NCBI RefSeq assembly: GCF_028641065.1
Contig: NC_073405.1
Location: forward strand, 19,902,001 to 19,966,000
DNA length: 64,000 nucleotides
Direction: 5' to 3'
Source: Leucoraja erinacea
Lineage: Eukaryota
The translations under genes were made by a program, and so were the position numbers. The notes below the pieces were generated by a model. That model did not search any database. It was not told the origin of the DNA and saw only the letters and a list, made by a program, of their open reading frames with translations. Positions 35,186 to 48,197 of this stretch are shown piece after piece (position 1 is the stretch's first letter; the number at the start of each line of letters is the position of its first letter).

Positions 35186-36429
35186 GTGGTGTCCTCCGCC
35201 ACTGTAGACTGAACTAAAGCAGACACTCCGCTTTTAGTATGGGGTTTAGACCAAAAACCATCAGGTTTCAAAAGGGGCAAAACTGAAACAGGTCACATTT
35301 TGCCACAAATATTAGAAAAATTTGCAACGTTTCCTTTGCCTTTGCAGCATTCCTTGGTCCACGAAAAAAAATAGCTTTCAAAGCAAAGATTCTGAAGTTT
35401 AATTGATTGATTGAAAGTAATGGTCTCTGCGCTGCAAGAGAAGTTGAGAACGAGGGAATCAAGATTAATGCATTAACTCAATGGAAACTATTCAAATGCT
35501 AATGTTTGCATGGGGCCTTTTGTCATGTTAATTGCTCGGCTACATTCGAAAACGTTAGTTCAATTCGGTCTCTTTGTATCGTAATGGGATTCTTGTGATG
35601 AAGAAAGAATTGTAGCTCTCAAACAATGGGTATTAAAGTGGATTTTGAAATGACTTCAATTAATAAATTGTTGAGTGAGGGGAAAGATTTTAATTTTCTG
35701 CCTAGTTTGATTTAAGTTGTTATTGGCATTGTGTAGGAAGGAACTGCAAATAGTTACACAACCCCTGAGCGAAGGCAGGCATGGGTTATTGATAGAGGAC
35801 GACCAGCCATGATCACAATGAATGGGGGTGCTGGCTCGAAGGGCCGAATGGCCTCCTCCTGCACCTATTTTCTATGTTTCTGTGTTTCTAACTGCTGGTT
35901 TACACCGGAGATAGACACAAAATGCTGGAGTAACTCAGCGGGACAGGCAGCATGGAGAGAAGGAATGGGTGACGTTTCAGGCCAAAGAAGGATCTCGATC
36001 CGAAACATCATCCATTCCGTTTCTCCAGAGATGCTGCCCGTCCCACTGAGTTACTCCAGCATTTTGTGTATCTGTTGTTGACAATGGTTGACTTCTATTT
36101 ATCTTTGCTTCGGAAGAAAGGATTCATCCCATCTTCTATAAATTACATTATTAAAAGAGCAAACAAGAGCTGCTGCCCTCCATTCTATTGTGATCATCCT
36201 AACTGTGGGCAAAAACAAGGTGCCCTGATCCTATTTTGCATTACAGAAACATAGTAAATAGGTGCAGGAGTAGGCCATTTGGCCCTTTGAGTCAGCACCG
36301 CCATTCAATATGATCATGGCTGATCGTCAGTACCCCATTCCTGCTTTTTCTCCATATCCCTTGATTCTGTCTTGAAAAGTCTTGGATGAACTCAGCACAT
36401 CAGGCAGCGGGTCGAGCATGTTGGGTCCT

Positions 36430-37040
36430 CTGGTGTTGATGGTGATGTGTTGATGATAGTTCAGCAGATATACTTCTTTGGGCTTGCATGATTGAAGTCC
36501 CCAGTCATGTTTTGGAAGTCAATGGGACTCACCATTCCTGCCTGTTGATCGCGGTAACTAATTTCTCTAGTGCTAGATTGATGTCTGCCCGAGAAGAGAT
36601 GTAGACAGCGGTCAGCATGATGGTGTAGAACTCCCTCACATGGTAGAATGGTGAACACTTGATCATCAGATGTTCCAGGTCAGGGGTGCAGGAATGGGCC
36701 ACGTCCAAGCATCACAATGCGTTTATCCATGAAGCATGTCCCACCATCTCTTCCTGTTGACACTGGCGTCTGGTCCACACAATGGATTAAAAAATCACTT
36801 GGCCTGGAGTACCATGTCTGGTGAGTCATGTCTCTGTGAAAGAGTACATAGCAGTGTAGGAGGGTGAAACGAGGTAATGCCTCCAGTGCCTTCAAGGTGG
36901 GCTGCAGGAGGCACACCCGGGAAACAAAGATAGCCGCACAATAAGAGGGACGTTGGTTTGCAGGAACTGTTACAGTAGACCGAGCGGGCAGGACAACCGG
37001 ACTTTGGAAATGGCGCCAAAACATGGCGGCGCCTGCATGT
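36430..37040 (-). mobile_element. Degraded Rex1/L2-like 5' region with APE endonuclease remnant
   Basis: C.VLF..TW...F.IH..D.T..TGRDGGTCFM and GDFNHA remnants on - strand. Confidence 0.5.
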
Positions 37041-37439
37041 GTAATATATACAAAAATAATTTCACTGTGCAGTTGCATATGTGACGAATAAAAAACCAGT
37101 GAACCTAAGATAAACACAAAAAGGTGGAGTAACTTAGCGGGTCAGACAGCATCTCTGGAGGAAAGGAATCAGTGATGTTTCTCGTCAAGACCCTTCTTCA
37201 AATCTCCAGATTTTTGTGTCTATCTGAGGTTTAAACCATCATCTGCAGTTTCTTCCTGCATCATTGGACCTCATGTCCCCTTGACACAGGAGTGTTGCTC
37301 TTTGGGGGTTTTCTAACTTGTTCAGCAACTGTACATAGGCCTGAAGGATGCTAAGGAGTGAGAGGGAGGGGGTCAAATGTTGTGGACCCCCACCAAGCAT
37401 TCCCATCCAGGCTGGAAGCATGCAGCTGGTAGAAGCAAT

Positions 37440-37753
37440 GTTTAGTTTAGTGATACAGCACGGAAACAGGCTCTTCGGCCCACCGGGTCCGAGCCAACCA
37501 GCGATCCCCACATATTAACACTACCCTACACACACTAGGGACCCATTTTACATTTATCAAGCCAATTCACCTACATTCCTGTATGTCCTTGGAGTGTGGA
37601 ACGAAACCGAATATCTCGGAGAAAACTCACGCGGTCACGGAGAGAACGTGCAAACTCCACTCAGACAGCACCCGTGGTCAGGATCGAACCCGGGTCTTCG
37701 GCGCTGCAAGCGCTGTAAGGCAGCAACTCTACCGCTGTGCCACCGTGCCACCC
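37440..37753 (-). mobile_element. HE1-type V-SINE (variant with short insertion in head)
   Basis: Full length; head reads ttacagcgcttgcagcgcc. Confidence 0.88.
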
Positions 37754-38704
37754 TGGAGTTTCAAGAGCTCCAATAAAGGTCAATGCTAATCAAGATCAAT
37801 GCTAACCAATAGATGATGTCACACCTGGATCAAACTAAAATGGTTCCCGTTGTTGACAGTGCACCAGCTCACATTGCTGACAAACTGAAACCATAGTGAG
37901 TTAATATCTCCAGGGATAAAGAAATGTAAGAAGAGGTGTACCAATTTCACCCCTTCACCCTCTGTGTGCAGAGTAAAACGCATGGTTGGGACTGCAACAA
38001 ATCTTTCGTGTAGCCTGTGTCCATTACTCAGCTACATCACCTTGGGGATCTTTCCTCTGCCTTTCCGTTGCTTGTGGATTCATTCCTAGAGGCAGCTGTA
38101 ACACTGAGCCAATTTTAGATCTCTCTGTCTGCCTTGTCTCCCGAGGATCATGTTCCATGCCAGTGTCTTCAGTGATTTAGCAGAACATGTGAGGATGCCC
38201 AAGGGATTACACTTCAAGGAACTGATGAGACTGCATGGTTCTGTGAAAAGCCTATTAACATATGAAATATTGAGTGAACAAAAGTCTACTTTTAAAATAG
38301 TTTCCCCTCTCTTTTCCTGAAGCTTAAAGTGCCTTTGCCCAAGTGCCAGCTATACTTGGTATGGTATGATATGGTATGGTATTTCATTTGTCATATGTAC
38401 CGGGGTACAGAGACATTCATTTTTGTGTACAGCTCAGTACAAGTATCACAATACATAAGCACTTAGATACATCCGACATAAGCATCTCAGATACAGTATG
38501 TGTATAGCAGTAGTACACTGACAGTAGACAGAGTCACCATTTTCAAGTCCTAGTGGGTGTCAGTGCACGGTTCATGGCCTGACCATGAAGGCCCGTTGTC
38601 CTGGCAACGTTATGCTTTCTACGGGGTCCCATGCTTCAATGCTGGAACCAAGACTGCATTTGACCATGAGGAGCACACAGGTGAACATTATTCTAGTCTT
38701 TTAT

Positions 38705-38920
38705 TTTAGTTTGATTTGGAGACATAACGTGGAAACAAGCTCTTTGGCCCATTGAGTCCGCTCTGACCTGCGATCCCCGTACTCTAGCACTATCCTCCAC
38801 AATAGGGACAATTTACATTTTTTTAATTGAAGCCAATTAACCTATAAACCTATAGGTCTTTGGAGTGTGGAAGGAAACCGGAGCACCCGGAGAAAACCCA
38901 CGCAGTCACGGGGAGAACAT
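38705..38920 (-). mobile_element. HE1-type V-SINE (5'-truncated)
   Basis: Tail and V-domain. Confidence 0.8.
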
Positions 38921-39879
38921 CTCCCTGTGACAAATTTGGGTTTACCACAGCAACTCTAGTTACCTCAAACATCACGAAGAAGTGCTGGTAGGTTCATCGG
39001 CCACTGTAAATTACATCAGTATGATTCGGAGGTAGGAGAATTGGGGAGGGTTGATGGGATCTGAAAGAGAAAAGGGTACAGGACAATAAGTTGGACTTAA
39101 TGGGATTGCTTTGAGAGCTAGCTTTGAGGTGTCGGACCAAATGCATTTCTATATCATGAGCGAGTGTGAAGAAATGGAAAGGAAGCTGATGGGAAGAGTG
39201 TGAGGAAATTCAAGAGATAGCCTTCTGTGTCATGGTTCGGTGTTTGTGTTACAGGACCATTAAAATTCAATCGAGCATAAACAACATTATTTCAAATGTT
39301 TATCATGCACAGAAAACAATTCATTTTACTTGTTAATTAAGGACAGTTGTTATTAGATTCAGTCTGTGCCAGAGCTGCAGTGTACATTTTGTCCTGACAC
39401 TGATTTATTTCTAGAACCTTCAGCAGACACCTATCCTTTTGCACAGCAGTTTTGTGATTTCCCTTCCCCATTCTCCACGCTTTGCCTCACCCCACCATCC
39501 TTGTGCTCCAGTTTAATTCTTCCGCTGATGCTCTGAAAAGAGGTCTTGCATTGAATGGGGGTGTTCTTTACCAAACATGGCAACCATTAAGAAGCGTAGT
39601 AAGATCCCATGTAAATAGCATTTGCGGTGACTTGGCTATTGGCTCCAATTCTGCGCGTGTGTTCATTGTGGGGAGGGTTTTGGCAGGATTTTGTGGGATC
39701 CTCTAAGCATACTGCGTGGAGTCTTTGACCTCTCCCTGCACAACCAAGATGGTTGGACAGGACTTTTGTTTAACATCCCATCACTGCAAATCTAAGGTAT
39801 TTTTGTGCTTTTCAATAACGGGTCATCACCCCTACAGGTTTGGGTGTATCAACATGATCCTCTCCTCATCCAACGCAAT

Positions 39880-40405
39880 TAGAGTCATAGAGTCATAGTC
39901 ATACAGCATGAAAAGAGGCCCTTCGGCCCAACTTGCCCACGCTGACCAACATGTCCCATCTACACTAGTCTCACCTGCCTGCGTTTGGCCCATATCCCTC
40001 TAAACCTATCCTATCCATGTACATGTCCAAATGTTTCTTAAACATTGGGATAATAGCAGCTTCAACTACCTCTTCAGTCAGCTTGTCCCATATGCCCACC
40101 TTTGTGTAAAAACCTCTCAGGCTCATATTCAATTGTTTCCCCCTCACCTTAAAACTATGTCCTCTGTGTCCTCTCAGTTCAGTTCAGTTCCGTGTAGCCA
40201 TTGTACTGAGGTGCAATGAAAAACTCTGGGAAAGAGTCTGTGTATTTATCCAATCTATTCCTCTCATGATTTTACGCACTTCCACAAGATCTTCCCTCAT
40301 TCTCCTGCACTCCAAGGAGTCCTAGCCTGCTCAACCTCTCCCTATATCTCACACCTTTAAGTCCAGGCAAGATCCTTGCAAATATTCTCTGCACCCTTTC
40401 CAGCT
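39880..40405 (-). mobile_element. CR1 LINE 3' fragment
   Basis: Reverse complement of ERL.RLGL..LE.RRMR.DL..V.KIMRG pattern and (gactcta)n-like tail. Confidence 0.75.
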
Positions 40406-40431
40406 TATTGATAGGAGTGAGATTTCAAAGT

Positions 40432-41045
40432 TTTAGTTTCATAGATACAGCGTGGTAACAGGCCCTTCGGCCCATGAATCCGCGCCGACCAGCGGTCACC
40501 CGTACAATACTTCCATTCTACACACTTGGGACACTTTACAGAACACAATTAACCAACAAACTTGCACGTGGGAAGAAACTGGAGTACCCGGAGAAAGCCC
40601 ACATGGTCACAAGGAGAAAGTACAAATTCTGTACAGACAGCAGCATAGTCAGGGTTGAACACTGTGGTCTTTGGCACTGTAAAATCCATAAAAATTCATT
40701 CGGCCCATCAAGTCTACTCCGCAATTCAATCATGGCTGATTTATCTCTCCCTCCTAACCCCATTCTCCTGCTTTCTTCCTGATGCCCGTACTAATCAAGA
40801 ATCTATCTCTGCCTTAAAAATGCTCATTGTCTTCTCCTCCACAACCATAGGTGGCAATGAATTCCACAGATTCACCACCCTCTGACTGAAGAAATTCCAC
40901 CTCATCTCATTCCTAAAGGAACATCCTTCAATTATGAGGGTCTGACCTCCTTTCCTAAGACTCCCACTCGTGGAAACATCCTCTCCACATTCACTCTATC
41001 CAGACCTTTCACTATTCGGTAAAGCAGCAACTCTACCACTGCGCT
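40432..41045 (-). mobile_element. HE1 SINE interrupted by a CR1 3' fragment (about 40685-41020)
   Basis: SINE breaks at ggcactgtaaa (40682) and resumes gtaaagcagcaactctaccactgcgc (41019). Confidence 0.7.
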
Positions 41046-41739
41046 TGCCCCTTTCTCTTATTTTTGTGTTTCCGTTCTCACTCTATCGCTCCCATCCCTG
41101 GAACCATTTACACAGCTGTTGCCCCAAGGCACCCATGCAGCCTCGGCAGTTGGCTCTACAAGCATTGGACTCACCACATAACTGCATCAGCCCCATGGTC
41201 TTGCAATAATTTTCCGTCCAACTCTTCAGGAAGATATGAAGATACTGAGTCCGTCCGCTATTGGAGACGAGTCAGGTTTATAATTGTAGTACTCGTGGTC
41301 TGGAGTCAACAAGTAATAAAGAGAGACTTTTATTTATTCTTGCACTGAGGTCACAAAGTACTTTATATTCAATTAAACAGTTTATTCATGTATAATCAAT
41401 AATGGGATGAAGGCAAACTGGCAACTAATGCGCCTCTATCAAGATTCCACAACCAGCACTGTAGTAATGACCAGATAATTTGTTTTTAATTGGAGTTTGC
41501 GGAATAAATTGTTGGCCAGAAAGAAAGACGGATGTATCAGTTCCTTGCAACAGCCGGATTGAATCATTGCATTCCATCTGAGACACCACCCAGTCTCGGC
41601 TGTAGGAGGTAACATCAACAGCGGGGCACTCTCTCGGTTACACTCTGATGGCAATTTGGGTTATGTATTTCTAGATTTATAGAATAACGCAATACAGAAG
41701 AAGGACATTAGTTCTATTGAGTTTACTTTCTTCAAAGAG

Positions 41740-41867
41740 CTATTCCACTCTTCCCAATGGCCATGTATCTGCAAATAGTTTTCTAATTCCCCATTACATG
41801 AGTCTATTCCACTCTTCCCAATGGCCATGTATCTGCAAATAGTTTTCTAATTCCCCATTACATGAGT
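41740..41867. repeat. Perfect 64-bp tandem duplication
   Basis: 41740-41803 equals 41804-41867. Confidence 0.95.
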
Positions 41868-41877
41868 AAGTAGTGTG

Positions 41878-42178
41878 TTTAGTTTAGTTTAGAGATACAG
41901 TGCAGAAACAGGCTCTTCAGCCCACCGAGTCCGCGCTGACCAGTGATCCCTACACACTAACGCTATCCTACACACACTAGGGACAATTTACAATTATACC
42001 AAGCCAATTAACCTACAAACCTGTTTGGCTTTGGAGTGTGAAAGGAATCCGGATATACCGGAGAAAACCCACACAGGTCATGGGGAGAACATACAAACGC
42101 TGTACAGACAAGCACCCATAGTTAGGATCGAACCCGGTCCCTGGCGCTGGATGGCAGCAACTCTACCGCTGCACCACT
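41878..42178 (-). mobile_element. HE1-type V-SINE
   Basis: (tttag)n tail through tRNA-like head. Confidence 0.88.
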
Positions 42179-42436
42179 AATTACAATCAGGAGTTTCTGA
42201 CTTGGAGCATGAACCCACAGCCTATTAACTTGGAGAAAGGAATACTTCTAATTGAATCACGATTAATGCCAGGCAGAGAAAGATTTGCCGCCTTAAGCTA
42301 TTTACTCATCTCTATTTTAAAGTACTCTGGCTTTGAGCACAGGATTCCTCAAGGATCAGAATTAGCTGCTCGGGCTATAAGAGTTATCAGAAGTGTTTTC
42401 TGCTTATAGAGGTTTGTCCCGAAAAGCTGCGCAATT

Positions 42437-42748
42437 AGAGATACGTGGAAACAGGCCTTTCGGCCCACCAGGTCCGCGCCGACCAGCGATCCCCACACAT
42501 TAACACTATCCTCCCACATTCCAAAGATGTACAGGTTTGTAGGACAATTTTTTTTTACATTTACCAAGCCAATTAATCTACAAACCTGTACATCTTTGGA
42601 ATGGGGGAGGAAACTGAAGATCTTGGAGATCATGGGGAGAACGTACAAACTCCGTACAGACAGCACCAGTAGTCGGGATCGAACCCAGGTCTCCGGCGCT
42701 GCATTCGCTGTAAGGCAACAACTCTACTGCTGTGCCACCGTGACCGCC
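42437..42748 (-). mobile_element. HE1-type V-SINE (head-insertion variant) with a small internal inverted piece
   Basis: Head ggcgctgcattcgctgtaaggc; 42510-42542 is an inverted copy of 42578-42610. Confidence 0.8.
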
Positions 42749-43277
42749 TGTATCAGAGGACTCTTTGATGCAGGGAATGCTCCCTGGACCACAGACAAGG
42801 CAAACATCTAGTCCTTTGGAAGGTCATCGGCTGGGTGAAAGATACACTTTGGTCTTCCTGTAAAGTGAGATGTCCGTGTGAATGTGCCTCCTGGCACATT
42901 CTAGTCTGTCAGAGTACACAGCGAATGAAGCACCAAACCTGTACCGTGTGGCGTCTGACTGCCATCTAAAGTCCAGCCATCACTGGACAATGAGGGACTG
43001 GGCCTCATTTAACAGTTCCTCAAACACACAAAGGGTGTGGTGCTCAAAGAGTGATGTTGGTGCTTTGTACATTGAATGGATTAACTTGGTTTGCTTTGAA
43101 TGTATTGACTTCACTGCGCTATAAGTATATAAACTTGTCCTCGACATGCATGTAAAGGCAGCCGTACACTGGTTCACATTTCCTCGGTACATTTTTATGA
43201 ATCAAATTAATTTTTGAAATAAAAAATAATTTCCCTTGGATCCGTATCCAGAAAAATAGGAGAAAGTTAGCAAGAAG

Positions 43278-43580
43278 GGTGACACAGTGGTGCTGCGGTA
43301 TAATTGGTGCCTTACAGCACCAGAGACCCGGGTTCGATCCTGACTACGGGTGCTATCTATACGTAGTTTATACATTCTCACAGTGTGGGTTTTCTCCTGG
43401 TGTTCGGGTTTCCTCTCACGCTCCAAAGGCTTACAGGTTTGCAGGTTAATTGGCTTTGGTAAATTAGTAAATTGTCCCTAGTGTGCGTAGGATAGTGTTA
43501 AGTGTGTGCATGGATCGCTGGTCGGCACGGACCGGGCCAAAGGATCTGTTTCCACGCTGTAAACTAAATGGAACTAAAAT
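43278..43580 (+). mobile_element. HE1-type V-SINE
   Basis: Head with gggttcgatcc, V-domain, tail. Confidence 0.85.
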
Positions 43581-43922
43581 GGAGTGGGTGAAGCCAATTC
43601 ATTTGAATTAAGTTCCGCTAACTTGCCTAGTTTGTTCACTGACGTGGTATTGGACTGTATTACTCAATAGCGTATGTGGTTTTCCTGCTGGAAGCAGAAT
43701 GAAGGTGAGAGTTTCCTCTTGGAAAGATGCTTCTGAACTATTGACAGAAGGTGAGGGGTGGCCAGTTGCTACAGGGCTTTGTTGAAGCACACATTAGTTA
43801 CAATATGTTCATGCTCATTGAATGTGAGGATACTTGACAGGCTGACACTGCAAATAGATAATCCTTCACTTTGTGTTTGTTTGGAGGGCTGGATTGTTCA
43901 TGTTGAGCAAGCGTGGGAACAT

Positions 43923-44230
43923 GGGGCGGCACGGTGGCGCAATGGTAGAGTTTCTGCCTTACAGCGCTTGCTGCACCAGAGACCTGGGTTCGATCCCGAC
44001 CATGAGTGCTGCCTGTGCAGAGTTTGTACGTTCTCCCTGTGACCTGGGTGCGTTTTCTCGGGGAAACGCCTTTTCTCCACACTCCAAAGGCATACAGCTT
44101 TGTAGGTTAATTGGCTTGGTATAAGTGTAAATTGTCCCTAGTGTGTGTAGGATAGTGTTAATGTGTTGGACAGTGCCGATTGAGTGGGCCGAAGGGCCTG
44201 TTTCCATGCTGTATCTCTAAACTAAACTAA
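43923..44230 (+). mobile_element. HE1-type V-SINE (head-insertion variant)
   Basis: ggggcggcacggtggcgca head; ttacagcgcttgctgcacc; (ctaaa)n tail. Confidence 0.88.
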
Positions 44231-45195
44231 TACTGTCCCAATATGACAAGGACCTGTCAACCATAAAAAAACATGCTCCTCTTCTAATGAATGAATCAAT
44301 CAATAAGTTTATTAGCCAAGTATTCACATACAAGGAATTTGCCTTGGTGCTCCACCTGCAAATGACAACATGACATACAGTGACAGTTCGGAATGACACA
44401 TAAAAATTAATAATAAAACATTATTTATTGAACATGTGAATTAAATAAAATACCCAGAGCAAAAGGAGGCTACAGATTTGTTGTTATTGAGTAGCTACTA
44501 CTCGTGGAAAAAAGCTGTTTTCTAGCAGCTGTAGCAGAACTACAGAGCAAGGATTGCATTAAACTGGCCCGCTAACCCGCAGATCTCGCTGATAGTTTTA
44601 GCCAATCCAGCGAGATTGCAGTGCGGCTGACAGGATGCCAGAGCCCATACATCTCTTTCACAAAAATGGGGATGAGAAATTAGTGTCAGGAATGTAATCA
44701 TTTGAGTCGTCAGGTATAATTGTTTAATTAGGCAATGTATTGAAACCTCTGTCTTTACTGTGGATACATTTACCCTCTGAGGATTTATATTCGATCACTT
44801 TTGGAAGAATTAACTCTTTGTTGCCCCATTCGTAAAAGTACCGGTCAGTGTATCACTGATACAGCAATTTAATCATCATTGTGGAGAATTAACACAGTGG
44901 AGATGCGAGTGAACTGATACAACTGGTCACTTAGTACTTAAGCTAAAAGGAAGGCAATAATATTAATTATGCGGGTTTGAAATACTTCCCTCGTTGGATG
45001 TACAAAATCAATGAAAATGAATTCCAAAGTGCAATGCTCTGTTTTTTCTCTAGTAACAGCGGATGGCTTTCAACCCAAGGAATATTTCCCTCCCCTTCAA
45101 TGCAAGGAACATTGTCAAACTAATGTTTGCTTCCTGTCAGCAGATAAGATTAACATTGCATCCTAAGTATTGAAAAATGGTTGGTCAGGAGTCTT

Positions 45196-45550
45196 TGGTT
45201 TGGTTTAGTTTAGAGATACAGTGTGGAATCAGGCCCTTCGGCCCACCGAGACCGCACCGACCAATGACCACCAGTGCACTATTTCTACCCGACACACGAG
45301 GGACAATTTACAGAAGCCAATTAACCTACAAACCTGCACATCTTTGGAACGTGGGAGGAAACCGGAGCACCCGGAGAAAACCCAAGCGGTTACTGGGAGA
45401 ACGTGCAAACTCCATACAGACAGCACCCGTAGTCAGGAGCCCCCAGAGTCAAACCACGGGGTCACAGGGAAAACATACAAACTCAGATAGTCAGGATCGA
45501 ACCCAGGTCTCTGGTGCTGTCAGGCAGCAACTCTACCACTGCACCACTGT
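45196..45550 (-). mobile_element. HE1-type V-SINE with internal duplication
   Basis: Segment ...cacagggaaaacatacaaactc...gtcagga repeated. Confidence 0.8.
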
Positions 45551-45932
45551 CTCGTCCCTCAGAGGGCAAAAATGACCAACTAAACAAAATAACAGTACAA
45601 GTACAGATGCAACTCAAACAAACTTCAGCTGCTGGAAATCTGAAATAAAACAAAAGCGCTGGAAATACTAAGCAGGAAAGGCAGCATCCGTGGTGGAAAG
45701 AGTAACATGGTTAATGTTTCGGGTTGAGGTTGATGATATCAACCTGCTAGCCCTCTGCTGTGTGACGCTAATGATGGGTCTTTGAGCTGAAACGTTAATT
45801 CTGCTTCTCTTTCCACTGATGCTGTCTGATCTGCTGTTTTGATTCCTGCATAGATTACAATCTTCAGTAGGGGAAGAACAATTGGGTAGACTTGCAGAAA
45901 CAATCCTTCACAATTCTTCAGGAATACCGACC

Positions 45933-46238
45933 GGGCAGCACAGTGGCACAGTGAGAGAGTTGCTGCCTCATAGCACCAGAGCCCTGGGTTTTATCCTGAC
46001 TATGGGTGTTGTCTGTCTGGAGTTTGTACGTTCTCCCCATGACCTGTGTGGGTTTTCTTTGGGTGCTCCGGTTTCCTCCCACACTCCAAAGACCTACAGG
46101 TTTGTAGGCTAATTGGTTTGGTATAATTGTAAATTGTCCCTAGTGTGTGTCGGATAGTGTTAGAGTGTGGGGATTGCTCGTCAGCTCGGTGTGCCGAAGG
46201 GTCTGTTTCTGCGCTGTATCTCTAAAACTAAAACTAAA
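45933..46238 (+). mobile_element. HE1-type V-SINE
   Basis: Full head to ctaaaactaaaa tail. Confidence 0.85.
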
Positions 46239-46569
46239 AGCCGATAATTCACATGGTGGCCAGCAATTATATATAAAAAAATGAATTATGGAATCTGTAG
46301 TGTAACAAATTCCATACATTTTCAAATTATGTTGGATATCAATCCTTCTTTTAATCAATCTCTCATTAAAGCCCCGCTGGAGATTTTATTTGCTTATATA
46401 AAATCCCAAAGCATTAGTCTGGCAGCCTCTTAGCAGAATGTGACTCATTCATAATCCCATCACCAGTTGTATTACATAACAAATCAAATACGAGAAAAAG
46501 GGGTGATTAAATTGAAATGGGCACAGAGTCAAGCAAGAAAACATCAGGAGGTTTGACTGATAGCCTGGT

Positions 46570-46930
46570 CAAGTAAGTTGCTTTTAAGGAGGATCACAAA
46601 AGCAAAATGGAAGAGGATTTTGAAGCGAGATTTCCAGAGGGCAAAGATTCCAATGTTGAAGGCAAGGCTGATTTGATGTAGGGAGAGAGAGATGCATAAT
46701 AACATGAGTTTAGAGCCACAGTGATTTGAAGTGGAAGCTGTGACATTGCAGAGGTAGGCATGAGACAGCTTTTAACAACTCTTTTAACTTGGATGCATTT
46801 AAGGATTGGGGACTCATACATGTCCCCAGGAACAATGGTGGGTGAGTAGGATTTTATGAAGAGTAGGATGTGAGCAGAATAGCTTTGGATGATCTGAAGC
46901 TTGTGGGACAGCAATCAGTGGAGGTGAAGT
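46570..46930 (-). mobile_element. Ancient L2 LINE 3' fragment
   Basis: HKLQIIQSYSAHILL...SP resembles L2 KLQ.IQN.AARILT. Confidence 0.5.
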
Positions 46931-47548
46931 GTAAAAGGATTGTGTGTGGAGAAGGGTTTTGAAGTAGAATAGAGGCTGGTGGAATAGACGGTGGATTGGG
47001 CATTCTTTGTGAGGATGTAGGCTGAAAGCATACATTGAGGGAGAACAAAAAGTGGAGATTGTGAATAATATGCTTCATTTATCAGCTCATATGTACACTG
47101 GCACCATAAAATTGCGCTAGATTGCAATTCCTTATTTAAGTAATGTAACGTTCTTGCATTCACTAAATATAAAGAATGCTGGGTGAGTTTCTGGAAGTGG
47201 TTTGAGCTTATGGATCTATCAGCGTTGAAAAACATCTCTATTTTTGCACCGGCCCAACAAAAGGCCTGCATGTACAAACAGTTGATAAATCCATATCTCA
47301 TTTTCCAGACATACAAATTCAACGCACAAAGTTACTGTGGATCATTAAGTTATTTAGTCAGGACCGATCGCCCATAAAATCCTAATCAAAGTATAACTGA
47401 CTCTCTCAGAGTTCCCTCCCACTCCACACATTGAATGCAATGTACTCCAGCAGTGCTTACCCATACCAGGCACTCTTTATACTCCAATTAAAGAATGAAG
47501 AAAGTCAGAGGAGACCAATTTTGCTTTTGGGACTCCTCCATTGGATGT

Positions 47549-48197
47549 AGTTTAGTTTAGATATACAGCATGGGAGCAGGCCCTTGGGCATGGCCCTGGG
47601 TCCTTGCCAACCAACCATCCCTGCACATTAGCACTATCCTACACACTAGAGTCAATTTACAATTTTTACCACAGCCAATTAACCTACAGACGTGTACATC
47701 TTTGGAGTGTGGGAGGAAACCAGAAATCCCGAGGAAAACCCACGCAGTTCTATGTTATCCCAGTTTTGCATCTTATACACTGTGGACAATTTACAGAAGC
47801 CAATTAACCTACAAACCTGCAGCACTTTGGAATGTGGGAGGAAACCGGAGCATCCGGAGAAAGTCCACGCAGTCACAGGAAGAATGTACAAACTCTGTAC
47901 AGTCAGCACCCATAGGCAGGATCGAACCCGGGTCTCTGATGCTGCCAGGCAGCATCTCTACAGCTGTGCCACTATGCTGGCCCTCAAAAGGCATTAACAT
48001 TAACATTAACATTGACATTACCCCTCAACATCACCAATGAAACAAAATAACTGTACAAGTTTAGATGCCAATCAAAAGAACTTCAGGTGCCGGAAATCCA
48101 TGAGGTCACAGGGAGAATGTACAAACTCTGTACAGACAGCGCCTGTAGTCAGGATCGCGCCCTGGTCTCTGACGCTGTAAGGCAGCAACTCTACCAC
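47549..48197 (-). mobile_element. Composite of three partial HE1-type V-SINEs
   Basis: 47549-47748, 47775-47983 and 48088-48197 each match the SINE. Confidence 0.8.

Noticed and set aside
43923-44000. tRNA genes at SINE heads
   Set aside because: A/B boxes continue directly into the V-domain and CR1-like tail, so these are SINEs, not tRNA genes.
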